Source: a virus. Taken from it: a stretch of DNA of 64,000 nucleotides. The notes under the pieces are model-generated. The model had not been told where the DNA came from and made no database searches. It was given only the letters and a program-made list of their open reading frames with translations. Every line of letters begins with the position of its first letter. The first letter of the stretch is position 1. Made by a program: the position numbers and the translations under genes. Below are positions 1 to 11,100 of the stretch, piece after piece. The stretch is taken from IMG/VR virus record IMGVR_UViG_3300035670_000069, positions 32,001-96,000 of that record; one strand, 5' to 3'.

Positions 1-28
1 GAAAAGATAAATTAATAAAGTTCCAGTG

Positions 29-37
29 TGATATAAT
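29..37 (+). promoter_or_regulatory. extended -10 promoter element TGaTATAAT
   Basis: tgatataat upstream of SD ggagg and ATG 64. Confidence 0.6.
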
Positions 38-63
38 TGGAAAAGTCGATAACGGAGGAATAA

Positions 64-399
64 ATGACGACAACAGTACATGAAAAGCAAACAGTATCCT
101 TGATGGATGGCACAGAAATACAACTTAAGCCACTTAATATTGCTCTGCTTCGTAAGTTTATGAAGAACTTTGAAAAGATTCAAAAGGTAGCAGACGATAA
201 TGATAAGTCAATGACTGTCCTTATGGAATGCGTACAAATTGCTATGCAGCAATACAAGCCAGACTTGGCGGGGGATCTAGAAAAGTTAGAAAACAATATT
301 GATCTTCCAACAGTCTATAAAATTGTGGATGTTGCATCAGGTATTAAATTAGGAGAAGATAACCCTCTTGGCAATCCTCTCGTAAATGTAAATGCCTAA
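64..399 (+). CDS. tail assembly chaperone (probable)
   Basis: 111 aa directly upstream of tape measure gene; strong SD. Confidence 0.65.
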   Translation: MTTTVHEKQTVSLMDGTEIQLKPLNIALLRKFMKNFEKIQKVADDNDKSMTVLMECVQIAMQQYKPDLAGDLEKLENNIDLPTVYKIVDVASGIKLGEDNPLGNPLVNVNA

Positions 400-424
400 T
401 TAAATAAAAAAGAGGTGGAAATGA

Positions 425-3400
425 ATGGCAGATGTTAATGCTAATATTAGCGTTAATATTGACACGTCTGCAGCGCTATCAGAGTTAAAAAATTTACAGC
501 GTCAAATATCAAATTTCCATAACTCTATTGCAAAGTCTAGCGCTTCTGCAGCGATAGCACAAAGAAATCTGCAGCAGGGGTTCGTCGATTCAATAAATTC
601 AACGGGACAGTTTGCTGCCCGTATACAAACAATCCGAACCTCTGCTGAATCTTTTACTAATTCTCTTGAGAAGAATAAGTTCTCAATGCGAGAATACTTT
701 AGATATGGCATTGCATCTTCTAAGATGTTTGGCAAGGTATTTAAAACCGAATTTGATACTATAAATAAAGTTGCCATAGAAAGAACAAGAAAACTTCAAA
801 CCCAGTATATAAAAATGGGTCGTGATGCTAATGGAGCAATGAAGGCAATTGCCGTAACACCTCTTGCTCTTGATATGGAAGATTTAGCAACAAAGACTAT
901 GATTGCTGCACAAAAACAGCAACTATTTAATCAACTTTTATCACAAGGCAGCACCAACTTAATTAATTTTGGTAAGAACACTCAGTGGGCTGGACGACAG
1001 TTAATGGTTGGTTTTACCCTTCCACTATCTGTATTTGGCAGCACAGCATCCAAGGTCTTTATGGATCTTGAGATGGAAATGATTAGGTTTAAGCGTGTTT
1101 ATGGAGATTTGTTTACCATAGACGAAGAGACTGATGCTAATATGCAAAGCATCAGAGGTTTGGCTCAAGAGTTCACAAGATATGGCGTTACAGTACAAGA
1201 AACTCTTGCAACAGCAGCAGATGCAGCAGCAGCAGGTTTTAGTGGAACAAAACTTGAAGCAACAGTAAGACAAGCAACTCGACTTTCTGTACTTGGTGAA
1301 GTTGAAAGGCAAGAGGCGTTTAAGGCTACTATCGCACTACAAACAGCATTTAAATTAAATAATAATGAATTGGCAGACTCTATTAACTTTTTGAACGCAG
1401 TTGAAAACCAATCTGTTGTTAGCCTTCAAAATTTAACTGATGCTATACCAAGAGTTGCTCCTATTATTAAAGGACTTGGCGGAGACGTTAGAGATCTTTC
1501 CGTATTTCTTGCTGCTATGCAAGAAGGTGGTGTAGATGCAGTATCTGCAGCAAATGGTTTGAAATCAGCGCTTGCTTCTATTATTAACCCAACTAAAGTT
1601 GCAAAAGAAATGCTTAATAGTGCGGGTATTGATATTAAAAATATTGTAGACAGAAATGTTGGCAATCTAATGCGTACTGTATTAGATCTTGGAGACGCAC
1701 TAAAAACACTGACTCCATTAGCAAGACAAAAAATACTTGAGCAATTATTTGGTAAGTTCCAGTTTGCTAGAGTCGGAGCATTGTTTGAAAATATAGCAAA
1801 AGAAGGATCTCAGGCTCAACGCACCATGGAACTTATGCAGATGTCTGCACAAGATCTTGCACAACTTGCAAATAAAGAATTGGCTGCCATTGAAGAAAGT
1901 TCTGCTACAAAATTTAAGGCTGCTGTTGAAGAATTAAGAGCAGCAATTGCACCAATGGGAGAACTATTCCTTGAAATTGTTACTCCAGTTCTTAAGGCAA
2001 TAACTTCATTGGTTGAAAGATTTAATAATCTATCAGACAATAGCAAGAAAACAATAGGTACTATTATTACAATATTGGGTGGAGTAGCCCCAATTGTTCT
2101 TATGCTTGTCGGTTTATTTGCTAACTTTGCTGGTAACTTAATGAAGTTTTTTGGCATACTAAGAAATGGATATTTAAAACTAACTGGTCAATCTAAATAT
2201 CTTGGAGAGCAAACTAATTATTTGACCAGCGAGCAAATGGAGGCAGAGGCTGTTGCTTCTTCTCTTGATCAGGTACACGCAAGACTAACACAAAGATTTA
2301 CATCAGAAGCAGAGGCATTATTTGCTTTAACTAATGCATATCGACAAGCATCAGAAGCAGCAAGAAGATTTGCAATTAATAACCCTGGCATGATGAATCC
2401 ACAAGGGCCAATGCGTAAATATAATAAGGGTGTCAGCATAGTTCCAGGTAGTGGCAATAGAGATACAGTTCCCACAATGCTAACCCCTGGAGAATCTGTA
2501 ATTCCAGCAGATATGACCAAGAAATATGGCGGTCTTATTCAGAGTATGATTTCCGATAATATTCCAGGATTTAAAAAAGGCGTTGCTGGAGTTGGTACTG
2601 GTGCAACAATAGGAACTGTACTAGGAGGAACTTTTCAGCAAAGAAGATTCTCTCCTGTAGCAATGATGGCACCAGGTAATTATGCTGGTGGATTTGGTAT
2701 GGATCCAGAATGGCTTGCTTTAAATGAAGAAGCAAAGGCATCTTTTGCATCTGCATTAAGAACTGCAGCAATGGCAGAGGCTGGAATTAGACAAACTAAA
2801 GATAATTATCAAAATTTCTGGTCTGGTCTTAATCCAGTATTAGACGGAATATTTGATATTTTTGCACAAGGAATAACTCCTGATGTAAAAAATGTTGCAG
2901 ATGTTGGACAATCTCAATATCCATTAATGATAAATCATATTGATCAATTAGAAAGCAATCTTGCAATTAGTGCAGATGTTGCAGAACAATTACGTAACTC
3001 ATTAAGAAAATTAGTTGTACCTTTAGAGTCTGATTTAACTCAACAGGATGTTAGAAGAGCAGAGATAGCAGTAGATGATTTAGGCGAGGCATATGTTAAA
3101 AGAGCATCATACGAAAGATCTGGAACAACTCTAAAACCACAGGTTGTAAGAAATTTTCCAAGAGAATTAGAGATGCGAGGATTGCTTCCTCCAACATATG
3201 AAGATTATACGTTTGCACACATACCACAAGCAATGTCTTCTGAAGTAACAATTCCTCCATATTTGAGAAAGAAATCTGGAACTGGTAATCCTGCAGAACT
3301 TGCTTTAATGGAACAAATAAGTTCTGGAGCAGTTATAAAAGAAGGATATCAAATAGGTGTTAATTTAGGTAAAGAATATAAGGCTGGAGTAGAAAAAAGT

Positions 3401-6400
3401 GGGGCACAGGATATATATTTAGAAACTCGTGACAGACAAAGCCCCCATAGATTAGCGCCACAAGATGGAAAAGATGATGCTATTGCTTATACTAGTGCAA
3501 GAGATCAAGAATTAAAGAGGGCTGCCTCTAATTATGTTCAAACAGATTCTGGCTTATTAGTTCCACCTGGAACTCCAACTGGAGGAGGGACAACTTCTGG
3601 CAGTTCTCCAGTATTCCTAGGCATGCCAGGTGTAAGACAAAAAGAATCACTTGGACAAAGAATGCGAGGAAAGTATTCTGCACTATCAGACAGAATGGCT
3701 AACACTAGAGCAAGTATGCAACCAATGATGAATAAGTTTAATGGCGCTGCTATGGCTTTGACAAGTGTCGGTATTGCTGCTTCTATGATACCTGGTCCAT
3801 TTGGTCAAATAGCACAACAGGCAATGCCAGTTATTATGGGTATTCAGGGATTAGCAATGGCACTTCCAATGCTAATGACTCCAATGGGTGCTGCTGTAGG
3901 AATTGTTGCAGCAGTAGCAGCAGGGTTTTATTTAGTTAATAAAGCACAGAAAGATTATGTAAAGAGCGTAAAAGAAAATGCAGAGAAAGAGGCAAAGATA
4001 AGACAAGGATCCGCAGACTCTGTAAGGTCATACTCTGAATTTTTGGGAGAAGGCGGTACTCCAAGTCAAAGACAATTTAATCGTCGTGGAGATACAAGAT
4101 TTATTAGTGCTGAAAATGCCAAGTTGGCAAAGTTTAGAGAGTATTACGAAGGTGTTGGCAAAGAGTCTGCTGAAGTTATTAAGTTTTCAGCAACGAAGGG
4201 AAGCGCTGAAGCATTAGCAGCAACTGCACAAGATATAGCAAATAGAGTTTCTGTATTTGGACTAGATCCAAAAGACATTGCTGCAAACATTAAGGCTGCT
4301 GCAGAACTTTCTGGGGTAAATGAATTAGAACTTAAGGCTAAATTACAAGAACTTCTTGCTCCCAATGGACAAGATATTCTTACTACTCCATTGACTATTG
4401 AGGCAAGAATAAAGTTTTTATCTAAAAGTTTAACTAAAGACTTGAAGGGTATAGAGTCTCAAATATCTTCTTTGACTGGAACACAAGTTGCTGGCTTTGG
4501 CACTAGGATGCTAAGAAGTCTTGGAACCGCATACTTGGGAACAAAAGACAAAACAGGTGATGAACAAAAAGCCTTTGAACAAGACCAAAAAGCAATGGCA
4601 TTAATTCAAAACCAGTTAGATGTTTCTTTTACAAAATCATCTGAGGCTCTTGCAATGTTGAATGCCCAATATGTAGATGGAGCAATAAACGCTAAAGAAT
4701 ACAATGCTCAGCATATGGCAATTATGCAATCATTTGATGAATTATCAGAAAGTACTAATTCTTATCTAGAAAAACTAAAAGAAATTGATCCAACAGGCAA
4801 GTATGCAGCAGATGCAATGTCTGATATTGCAGACAATGTCTTGGCGCCATTTGTAAAGGCAAATAAAAAAGTTGGGGGGCAGATAAAAGAAATAATAACA
4901 TCTTTGCCAACCGAAGTACAAACAAATGTTTTGGTAAATCTTTCAAGAGGAAGTTTAACTCCTACAGATATATTGCAAATGGATTTATTGTTAGAGCAAA
5001 TGCAAGGAAAAACAGTAGAGCAAAAATATCAATTTATAGCCGATCTTCCCTCTTTGTCTAAAAACTTAAAAGCAATAATGAATCTTCATATTGCATATGA
5101 GGAACTAACTGCAGCAGAAAGAGTTAAAATACAGGCAATGGCAAATTGGACCATTGGACAAATGATTACAATGGAACAGGCAAGAGCAAACAATGCATAC
5201 TTAAATGCTAAGGATAAGGTTGATAAATTAGAGGCAAGAATTAAGAAAATGAATCGTGTTACCAAAGATTCTCCAGAACTTGATGGAACTACTGATATAA
5301 CAGAAGACGGGTCTGGCTCAGATCCATATGCATTCTTAGACCCATTGCTTTCTAGATTAAAGCAGGTACGAAAAGAATCAATAAATGCTGCTGGTGGCGT
5401 AGAATATTTTGTTAAACTATTAAGCAAGGACATGAAGGGCTTCAAGGGCATGGACCAAATGCTTCGTGCTGCTGGAGCAACTCAAGGATTTATTGATATT
5501 GTAAATGGACTTGATTCAGATCAACTTAAATTATTTGGCGACAGACTGTATAAGATTAAAGATGGCAAGATTATATTTGGTGATCTTGGTAAGGCAATTC
5601 AAAGATTTACTAAAGAGGTAGAACTTGGCAATTTCCAAGATCAAATGCAACAAACAATTGTAGATGCAGAAAATCAATATAAAGCGTATGTTAAGTTACG
5701 TGCTGCAGGCTTAAGTGCTTCTAAGACATTAGAGATTTTAGCAGAACAAGGACTTGCAGCAGCAATTGCAGCAGAAAGTGTTGATAGTGTTGACTTTAAA
5801 AACTTTATTGCGGGTGCAAAAAAGAGCACAGAAGAAACAAAAAAATTAGCAAAAGAACTTAAGGCTTTAAGATTTGAAGCAGAGCAAGAACAGGAAACTG
5901 AAGCAGATAAGATAGATGATTTCTTTGCATATGAAGAAGCCAGAATTAAATTAGAAAAATATCGCCAGTTTGTTGAAAAACAAGGAATGTCTCCTGCAGA
6001 CTTTGAAAGAAATAGAATTAAGCCTGCTGAAAAAGCAGTTGAAGCAGCACAAGATGCTGTAGATGCAATACAAGATCAAATAGATGCAGAACAAGAATTT
6101 ATTGATCAATACAATCGTGGAATAGAACTCATTGGTAGACAAGAGGATATAATTAATGAAGAGTATGATAAACGAAATGAAGCAATAGATCAACAGATAA
6201 ATGCTTTAGATAAAGTTCAGCAATTAAATCAAAATATTGCAGAAAATCAAAAGAGACAAACAACTCTTGCAGATGCCTTAAGCACTGGTGATATCGCTGC
6301 TGCAGCACAAATTGCACAAGAGATGAGATCTGCCTCTGCACAGCAATCTATTGAAGCACAAAAGGCTGCTCTTGAGGAACAAAAGAATAGATTAGAACTA

Positions 6401-7486
6401 GAAAGACTTGCTAAAATTAAAGCATTACAAGTTAGTATTAATGGGGTACTTTATACAAGAGATCAACTAAATGCTCTTATAACTGAAAAAGAAGATAAAA
6501 TTTATGAAATTCAAAATACAACATTAAAAGATGCAGAAAAAATAGTTGTAGAAAAACAAAATGAACTTAAGGTTTTAGAGGATATTCTTAGAACATATGA
6601 AGAAGATTTGTCTGCTGCAATTGCAAATATTAAAACAGAGTCTGGTTTGACAAAAACAGAATGGGAACTTATTAGAGATGCTGTAAATGCTACAAATGAT
6701 TATTTTGATACCATGGTTCTTGATTTGGATGCTATTGCTACAGGAACATTGAATATTGCATCAGCATGGGATGCTGTAACTGCTGCAATTAATGCTGCTA
6801 TTGCTGCTCAGGCTGCTTTTGCTGCAGGCGCAGGCGCAGGCGGAGGCGGAGGCGGAGGCGGTGGAGGCGGAGGCGGTGGAGGCGGAGGCGGCTCACAGGT
6901 TGTTATGACTAGTGTTGGGGGTACTGAATTTACTGCCGATCAAGTTAAAGATCAAATAAAAACTCTTACAGATTTAAGAGAAACAACAAAAGTTGGTACT
7001 GGAATTAACTTCTTGCTAAAAGAGAATATAGATGAATTAACTGATGCCTTAAAAAATCCAAAAACAGGACCAAATGTTGTTGATGAACAAACAAAACGTG
7101 CTGCCATGGCTGCAGCAACCGTAGCCTCAAATGCTTCTAAGCCTACATTCGGCGGTGGCGGTGGAAGGTATGGAATGCTATTTGAATCTAAGGGTGGATT
7201 TATTAAGCCTAAATATTTAGCAGCAGGAGGATTTGCAAGGGGATCCGACAAGATACCAGCAATGCTTACCCCTGGAGAATTTGTAATGAATAAATATGCT
7301 GTTCAATCTTATGGCCTAGATAAAATGAAGGCTATTAATTCTGGAGAATACAATGGCGACAGCATGTATAATTATAATCTAACGGTTAACGTAAAGTCTG
7401 ACGCTAATCCAAATGAAATTGCAAATACTGTCATGGGTCAACTACGACAGATTGAGTCTAAGAGATTGAGGAGGGATAAAATCTAA
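425..7486 (+). CDS. tape measure protein
   Basis: 2353 aa, Ala-rich helical, TP901-like TMP core, hydrophobic segments, coiled coils, two PxMLTPGE motifs. Confidence 0.92.
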   Translation: MADVNANISVNIDTSAALSELKNLQRQISNFHNSIAKSSASAAIAQRNLQQGFVDSINSTGQFAARIQTIRTSAESFTNSLEKNKFSMREYFRYGIASSKMFGKVFKTEFDTINKVAIERTRKLQTQYIKMGRDANGAMKAIAVTPLALDMEDLATKTMIAAQKQQLFNQLLSQGSTNLINFGKNTQWAGRQLMVGFTLPLSVFGSTASKVFMDLEMEMIRFKRVYGDLFTIDEETDANMQSIRGLAQEFTRYGVTVQETLATAADAAAAGFSGTKLEATVRQATRLSVLGEVERQEAFKATIALQTAFKLNNNELADSINFLNAVENQSVVSLQNLTDAIPRVAPIIKGLGGDVRDLSVFLAAMQEGGVDAVSAANGLKSALASIINPTKVAKEMLNSAGIDIKNIVDRNVGNLMRTVLDLGDALKTLTPLARQKILEQLFGKFQFARVGALFENIAKEGSQAQRTMELMQMSAQDLAQLANKELAAIEESSATKFKAAVEELRAAIAPMGELFLEIVTPVLKAITSLVERFNNLSDNSKKTIGTIITILGGVAPIVLMLVGLFANFAGNLMKFFGILRNGYLKLTGQSKYLGEQTNYLTSEQMEAEAVASSLDQVHARLTQRFTSEAEALFALTNAYRQASEAARRFAINNPGMMNPQGPMRKYNKGVSIVPGSGNRDTVPTMLTPGESVIPADMTKKYGGLIQSMISDNIPGFKKGVAGVGTGATIGTVLGGTFQQRRFSPVAMMAPGNYAGGFGMDPEWLALNEEAKASFASALRTAAMAEAGIRQTKDNYQNFWSGLNPVLDGIFDIFAQGITPDVKNVADVGQSQYPLMINHIDQLESNLAISADVAEQLRNSLRKLVVPLESDLTQQDVRRAEIAVDDLGEAYVKRASYERSGTTLKPQVVRNFPRELEMRGLLPPTYEDYTFAHIPQAMSSEVTIPPYLRKKSGTGNPAELALMEQISSGAVIKEGYQIGVNLGKEYKAGVEKSGAQDIYLETRDRQSPHRLAPQDGKDDAIAYTSARDQELKRAASNYVQTDSGLLVPPGTPTGGGTTSGSSPVFLGMPGVRQKESLGQRMRGKYSALSDRMANTRASMQPMMNKFNGAAMALTSVGIAASMIPGPFGQIAQQAMPVIMGIQGLAMALPMLMTPMGAAVGIVAAVAAGFYLVNKAQKDYVKSVKENAEKEAKIRQGSADSVRSYSEFLGEGGTPSQRQFNRRGDTRFISAENAKLAKFREYYEGVGKESAEVIKFSATKGSAEALAATAQDIANRVSVFGLDPKDIAANIKAAAELSGVNELELKAKLQELLAPNGQDILTTPLTIEARIKFLSKSLTKDLKGIESQISSLTGTQVAGFGTRMLRSLGTAYLGTKDKTGDEQKAFEQDQKAMALIQNQLDVSFTKSSEALAMLNAQYVDGAINAKEYNAQHMAIMQSFDELSESTNSYLEKLKEIDPTGKYAADAMSDIADNVLAPFVKANKKVGGQIKEIITSLPTEVQTNVLVNLSRGSLTPTDILQMDLLLEQMQGKTVEQKYQFIADLPSLSKNLKAIMNLHIAYEELTAAERVKIQAMANWTIGQMITMEQARANNAYLNAKDKVDKLEARIKKMNRVTKDSPELDGTTDITEDGSGSDPYAFLDPLLSRLKQVRKESINAAGGVEYFVKLLSKDMKGFKGMDQMLRAAGATQGFIDIVNGLDSDQLKLFGDRLYKIKDGKIIFGDLGKAIQRFTKEVELGNFQDQMQQTIVDAENQYKAYVKLRAAGLSASKTLEILAEQGLAAAIAAESVDSVDFKNFIAGAKKSTEETKKLAKELKALRFEAEQEQETEADKIDDFFAYEEARIKLEKYRQFVEKQGMSPADFERNRIKPAEKAVEAAQDAVDAIQDQIDAEQEFIDQYNRGIELIGRQEDIINEEYDKRNEAIDQQINALDKVQQLNQNIAENQKRQTTLADALSTGDIAAAAQIAQEMRSASAQQSIEAQKAALEEQKNRLELERLAKIKALQVSINGVLYTRDQLNALITEKEDKIYEIQNTTLKDAEKIVVEKQNELKVLEDILRTYEEDLSAAIANIKTESGLTKTEWELIRDAVNATNDYFDTMVLDLDAIATGTLNIASAWDAVTAAINAAIAAQAAFAAGAGAGGGGGGGGGGGGGGGGGGSQVVMTSVGGTEFTADQVKDQIKTLTDLRETTKVGTGINFLLKENIDELTDALKNPKTGPNVVDEQTKRAAMAAATVASNASKPTFGGGGGRYGMLFESKGGFIKPKYLAAGGFARGSDKIPAMLTPGEFVMNKYAVQSYGLDKMKAINSGEYNGDSMYNYNLTVNVKSDANPNEIANTVMGQLRQIESKRLRRDKI
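6824..6892 (+). repeat. GGC/GGA/GGT tandem repeat encoding AGAGA plus 18 Gly
   Basis: gcaggc x3 then ggcgga/ggcggt units, in frame in TMP. Confidence 0.9.
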
Positions 7487-8127
7487 TGTCAACAGCAGAT
7501 TATATGCTTGGTAGAAAGAAATATCAAAGGCCACAGGCCATGCTTTGGTCTGATAATTCTGGAACACTTGTTGATGGGTTATATGTTCCAAATGGTCTAG
7601 AGGTAGGCCAAGATGTTGGTTCAGAAACCGATGAATCTTTATATAATCAATTTTTAATATTATCTGACAACAATAGATCTCCTATTGATATTTCTCCAAC
7701 AAGAATTGAAAAAAGAGAACGAATGATTAATGGTCGTATGCGTTCATACCATATTGCTGACAAACTTACTATTAGTACATCATGGGAAATGCTACCATCT
7801 AGATCATATTATACTGTTCCAGAATTTAACGCAACAACTGGAATATCACCTCATGCTGGAGACAATAGCCTTGAATATACTACAGACGGAGGAGCAGGCG
7901 GAGTAGAGTTGTTAGATTGGTATGAAAATCATCAAGGTCCATTCTGGGTATATATGGCATATGATAAGTATTCTAATTTTGGAAAAGACTCAAATGCATA
8001 TGCACATTTATCTCAGTATAATCAATTGGTTCAAATGTATTTCGCTGATTTTAATTACTCCGTTGTAAAGCGAGGCGGTAGTAATTTCGACTTCTGGAAC
8101 ATATCAGTAACACTGGAAGAGGTATAA
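7486..8127 (+). CDS. distal tail / minor tail protein (probable)
   Basis: position after TMP, TAATG coupling, ends in beta-strand WNISVTLEEV typical of Dit-like proteins. Confidence 0.6.
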   Translation: MSTADYMLGRKKYQRPQAMLWSDNSGTLVDGLYVPNGLEVGQDVGSETDESLYNQFLILSDNNRSPIDISPTRIEKRERMINGRMRSYHIADKLTISTSWEMLPSRSYYTVPEFNATTGISPHAGDNSLEYTTDGGAGGVELLDWYENHQGPFWVYMAYDKYSNFGKDSNAYAHLSQYNQLVQMYFADFNYSVVKRGGSNFDFWNISVTLEEV

Positions 8128-11100
8128 TGTTTCAGAACGAAGATTTAAAATCTCATCTAGAATCATCTAGTACAGTAAAAACACAAGCAGCAATTATTGC
8201 TGAGTGGAATATGAATACTGCAGACAATATATTTAAAATAGGTAACTATAGATATAGGCCTACTGCTTCAAACAATACTGAAGACCCAGATTTTAAATAT
8301 AAGATTATTCCAAATACATTCGATGTAAATGATGTGGGAAATTTTTATACTGGAGCAACAGACTCAGATGTAAAAATAGACGGTGGAATAAATCCAGTAG
8401 ATAATGAGCAACCATGGTTTTTATTGTCACAAAACCAAAAAAACAAAATGCTTTATTCTTTAGAGGATTGTTTTAAGCGTTTTAGACCAAGGTCGGGAAT
8501 TAATAAGGCAGTTGCTATGCCAGGTAGAAAATTACATCACTCAAATCTAAATATGTCAAACAGACCACGATACTATATGGCAGATAAGAACGATAACTTC
8601 AAATATTGGACCTCATATAGAAAAGAGTCTGGAGAAGAAAGGGGCATAGCAAATATACCTCTTAATGGCCAACATTACATTAAAGATGCCTGCCCATTTG
8701 TTGTGTATGAAAACGAAGTCCCTGCTAACAGAGTTGTAATTAAAATGCAAACAAATGTTGGGTCTATTGATCTTGGCCCATTCTCAAATGCTTCTGGATC
8801 ATTTTCTGATCCTTTGTATGGAGATGAAAATAGAACCGTACCATCAAAATGGAAGATTCAACATTTAAAAGGCAATAACTGGGTTGATGTTATTAGTTTT
8901 AATTCTTCTTCACGCAGAAGTAACGGAACACAAATTATTAAAAATGATGGATATGTAGAATTGGCTTATGGGCTAAAGGTTCCAGACAAATATAAAGATA
9001 TTTTTATTAGAGCAGAAGAATATAATAATGAATCATTTTTACCAGAAAAAGCAATTAATGGATATGCTTATTTAATAAAAGAAAACGATAACGATCTTGG
9101 GGTTTATCATATTTGGGTAGATGGGACTTGGCAAACCTTTGTTCCAGAATATGGCTGGTATCTTGAAGAAGAAACAGTTACAAGATTAACTAACTTTGTA
9201 ACAGATTTAACAGACCCCATTAGTTTTACATCACCAACTGATGGAAGTAATATATTCAGAGAGTTTGAAAAAATCAGGGGAGTCAGGGTAGTTGTTGAAA
9301 CTATGAACAAAGTAAACTCTACTTTTGATCTAATAGAAATATCTCCAAGGCTAGTTGTTGATATATCAGAAAAGGCTGTATCTTTTAATGTACAAAAAAT
9401 AGCATCAGATCTTGGAACTAGTGGTTTGCCAGTTGGACAACTTTTGGCATCTATCGGAAGTCTTGATATTTTTGATTATGACGATGCGTTTAACGATAAT
9501 AATACTGGAAGCCTTGTAAATAATTACTTATCAAATAATATACAATTTAAGTTTTATGATGTTGTAGTAAATGTAGACGGATATGATTATTTGATTCCAT
9601 TAAAAACTTTATACTCTGAAGGTTTTCCACAATATACGCCAGGAGAAAGAAGGGTTACTCTTGAATTAAGAGATCTATATTTTTATTTTGAATCAATAAA
9701 GGCTCCAGAGATGCTGGTTACAAATGTATCATTGAGTTATGCTATATCACTTTTGCTAGACTCTGTAGGTTTTTCAAATTATACTTTCAAAAGAATTGAT
9801 CAAGAAAAAGAATTAATAATTCCATTTTTCTATATAGCACCAGATAAAACTGTGGCAGACATATTAAACGATTTAGCGGTATCAACACAAACTGCAATGT
9901 TTTTTGATGAGTATAATAATTTTGTAATGATGAGTAAAAACTACATGATGCCATCAAATGGCGAAAGAGATGTAGACTTTACGCTATACGGAACAAATGA
10001 CTTTGTGGATTCTGGTGTTATTGAAAATCAAAATGCAAATGTTAAACTTACAAACATTATAGACATTGCCTCTACAGACAAAAATATTTTTAACGACGGC
10101 AAAATCAATTATACAAATAGATATATTCAAAGATCATACGGCAGTTTAAAGCAAGCCACAATGATAGATAATGAGGCTGCTGCTAAAAACTGGATATATA
10201 AACCAGCACTGCTTTGGGAGATAACTGGAGATCAATCTCTTAGGTCTATAAATGAAGAAACGTCAACTCAGTCTAAATATAGTTTATCGGCTATACCATT
10301 AAATTCTGATATATCAGCAAATGTTCCGTCAGTTGTAAATAATCAACTAATAAACAACGTCATAGATTTGGGAGAGGCTGTTTATTGGCTTGGAAGACAT
10401 GCTGGATATTTTTATGCCAACGGAGAAATTATTAGGTTTGATGCTATTCAATACAATATTCCAGGAGCGGAAAAAACAATTATTAGAGAAGAATCAAATG
10501 GAACATCAACATTTACAACCGAAATATCTGGGGCAATTGGAAATGTATGGATAAGTAGTAATCAAGAGTACCAATATTATATGTCTAAACTTCCTTTTAA
10601 TGGAAAGATATATCCAACTGGACTAGTTAGAATTTATACAGAGCCAAAATATGAGGAGATTGATGGAATCACCATTATGAAAAATGGCGAGGTAGCACGA
10701 CATGGTCGTGGACAATTCTCTACTCCAGTATTAGAACACAAGGCTGGACTAAACAGTTATTGGTCTAATAACTCTTATATTCGAGGTATGGAGATGGAGT
10801 CTAAGCATATTTTTGGATTAATTGATGGAGATATCCTAGACAATACAGATATTGCTGAACTATCATTAACAACTAATGCAGCAGGAATAAGCAACACAAG
10901 AGCAAGAGAAAATGTAAGAACTGGTGTAATAAAAAACTTTTTGTCAACCTCATATACAAATGAAGTTCAGAATAATACCATAAAGTCAACACAGACTGGA
11001 TCAGTTCAGGCTTCTGCCCTTGTAATGAGTGGTCCGTCTTTTAGTACGACAGAAACTCCGATAGACTTTGTTTCATATCAGTATAAAGCGCTTGACAATA

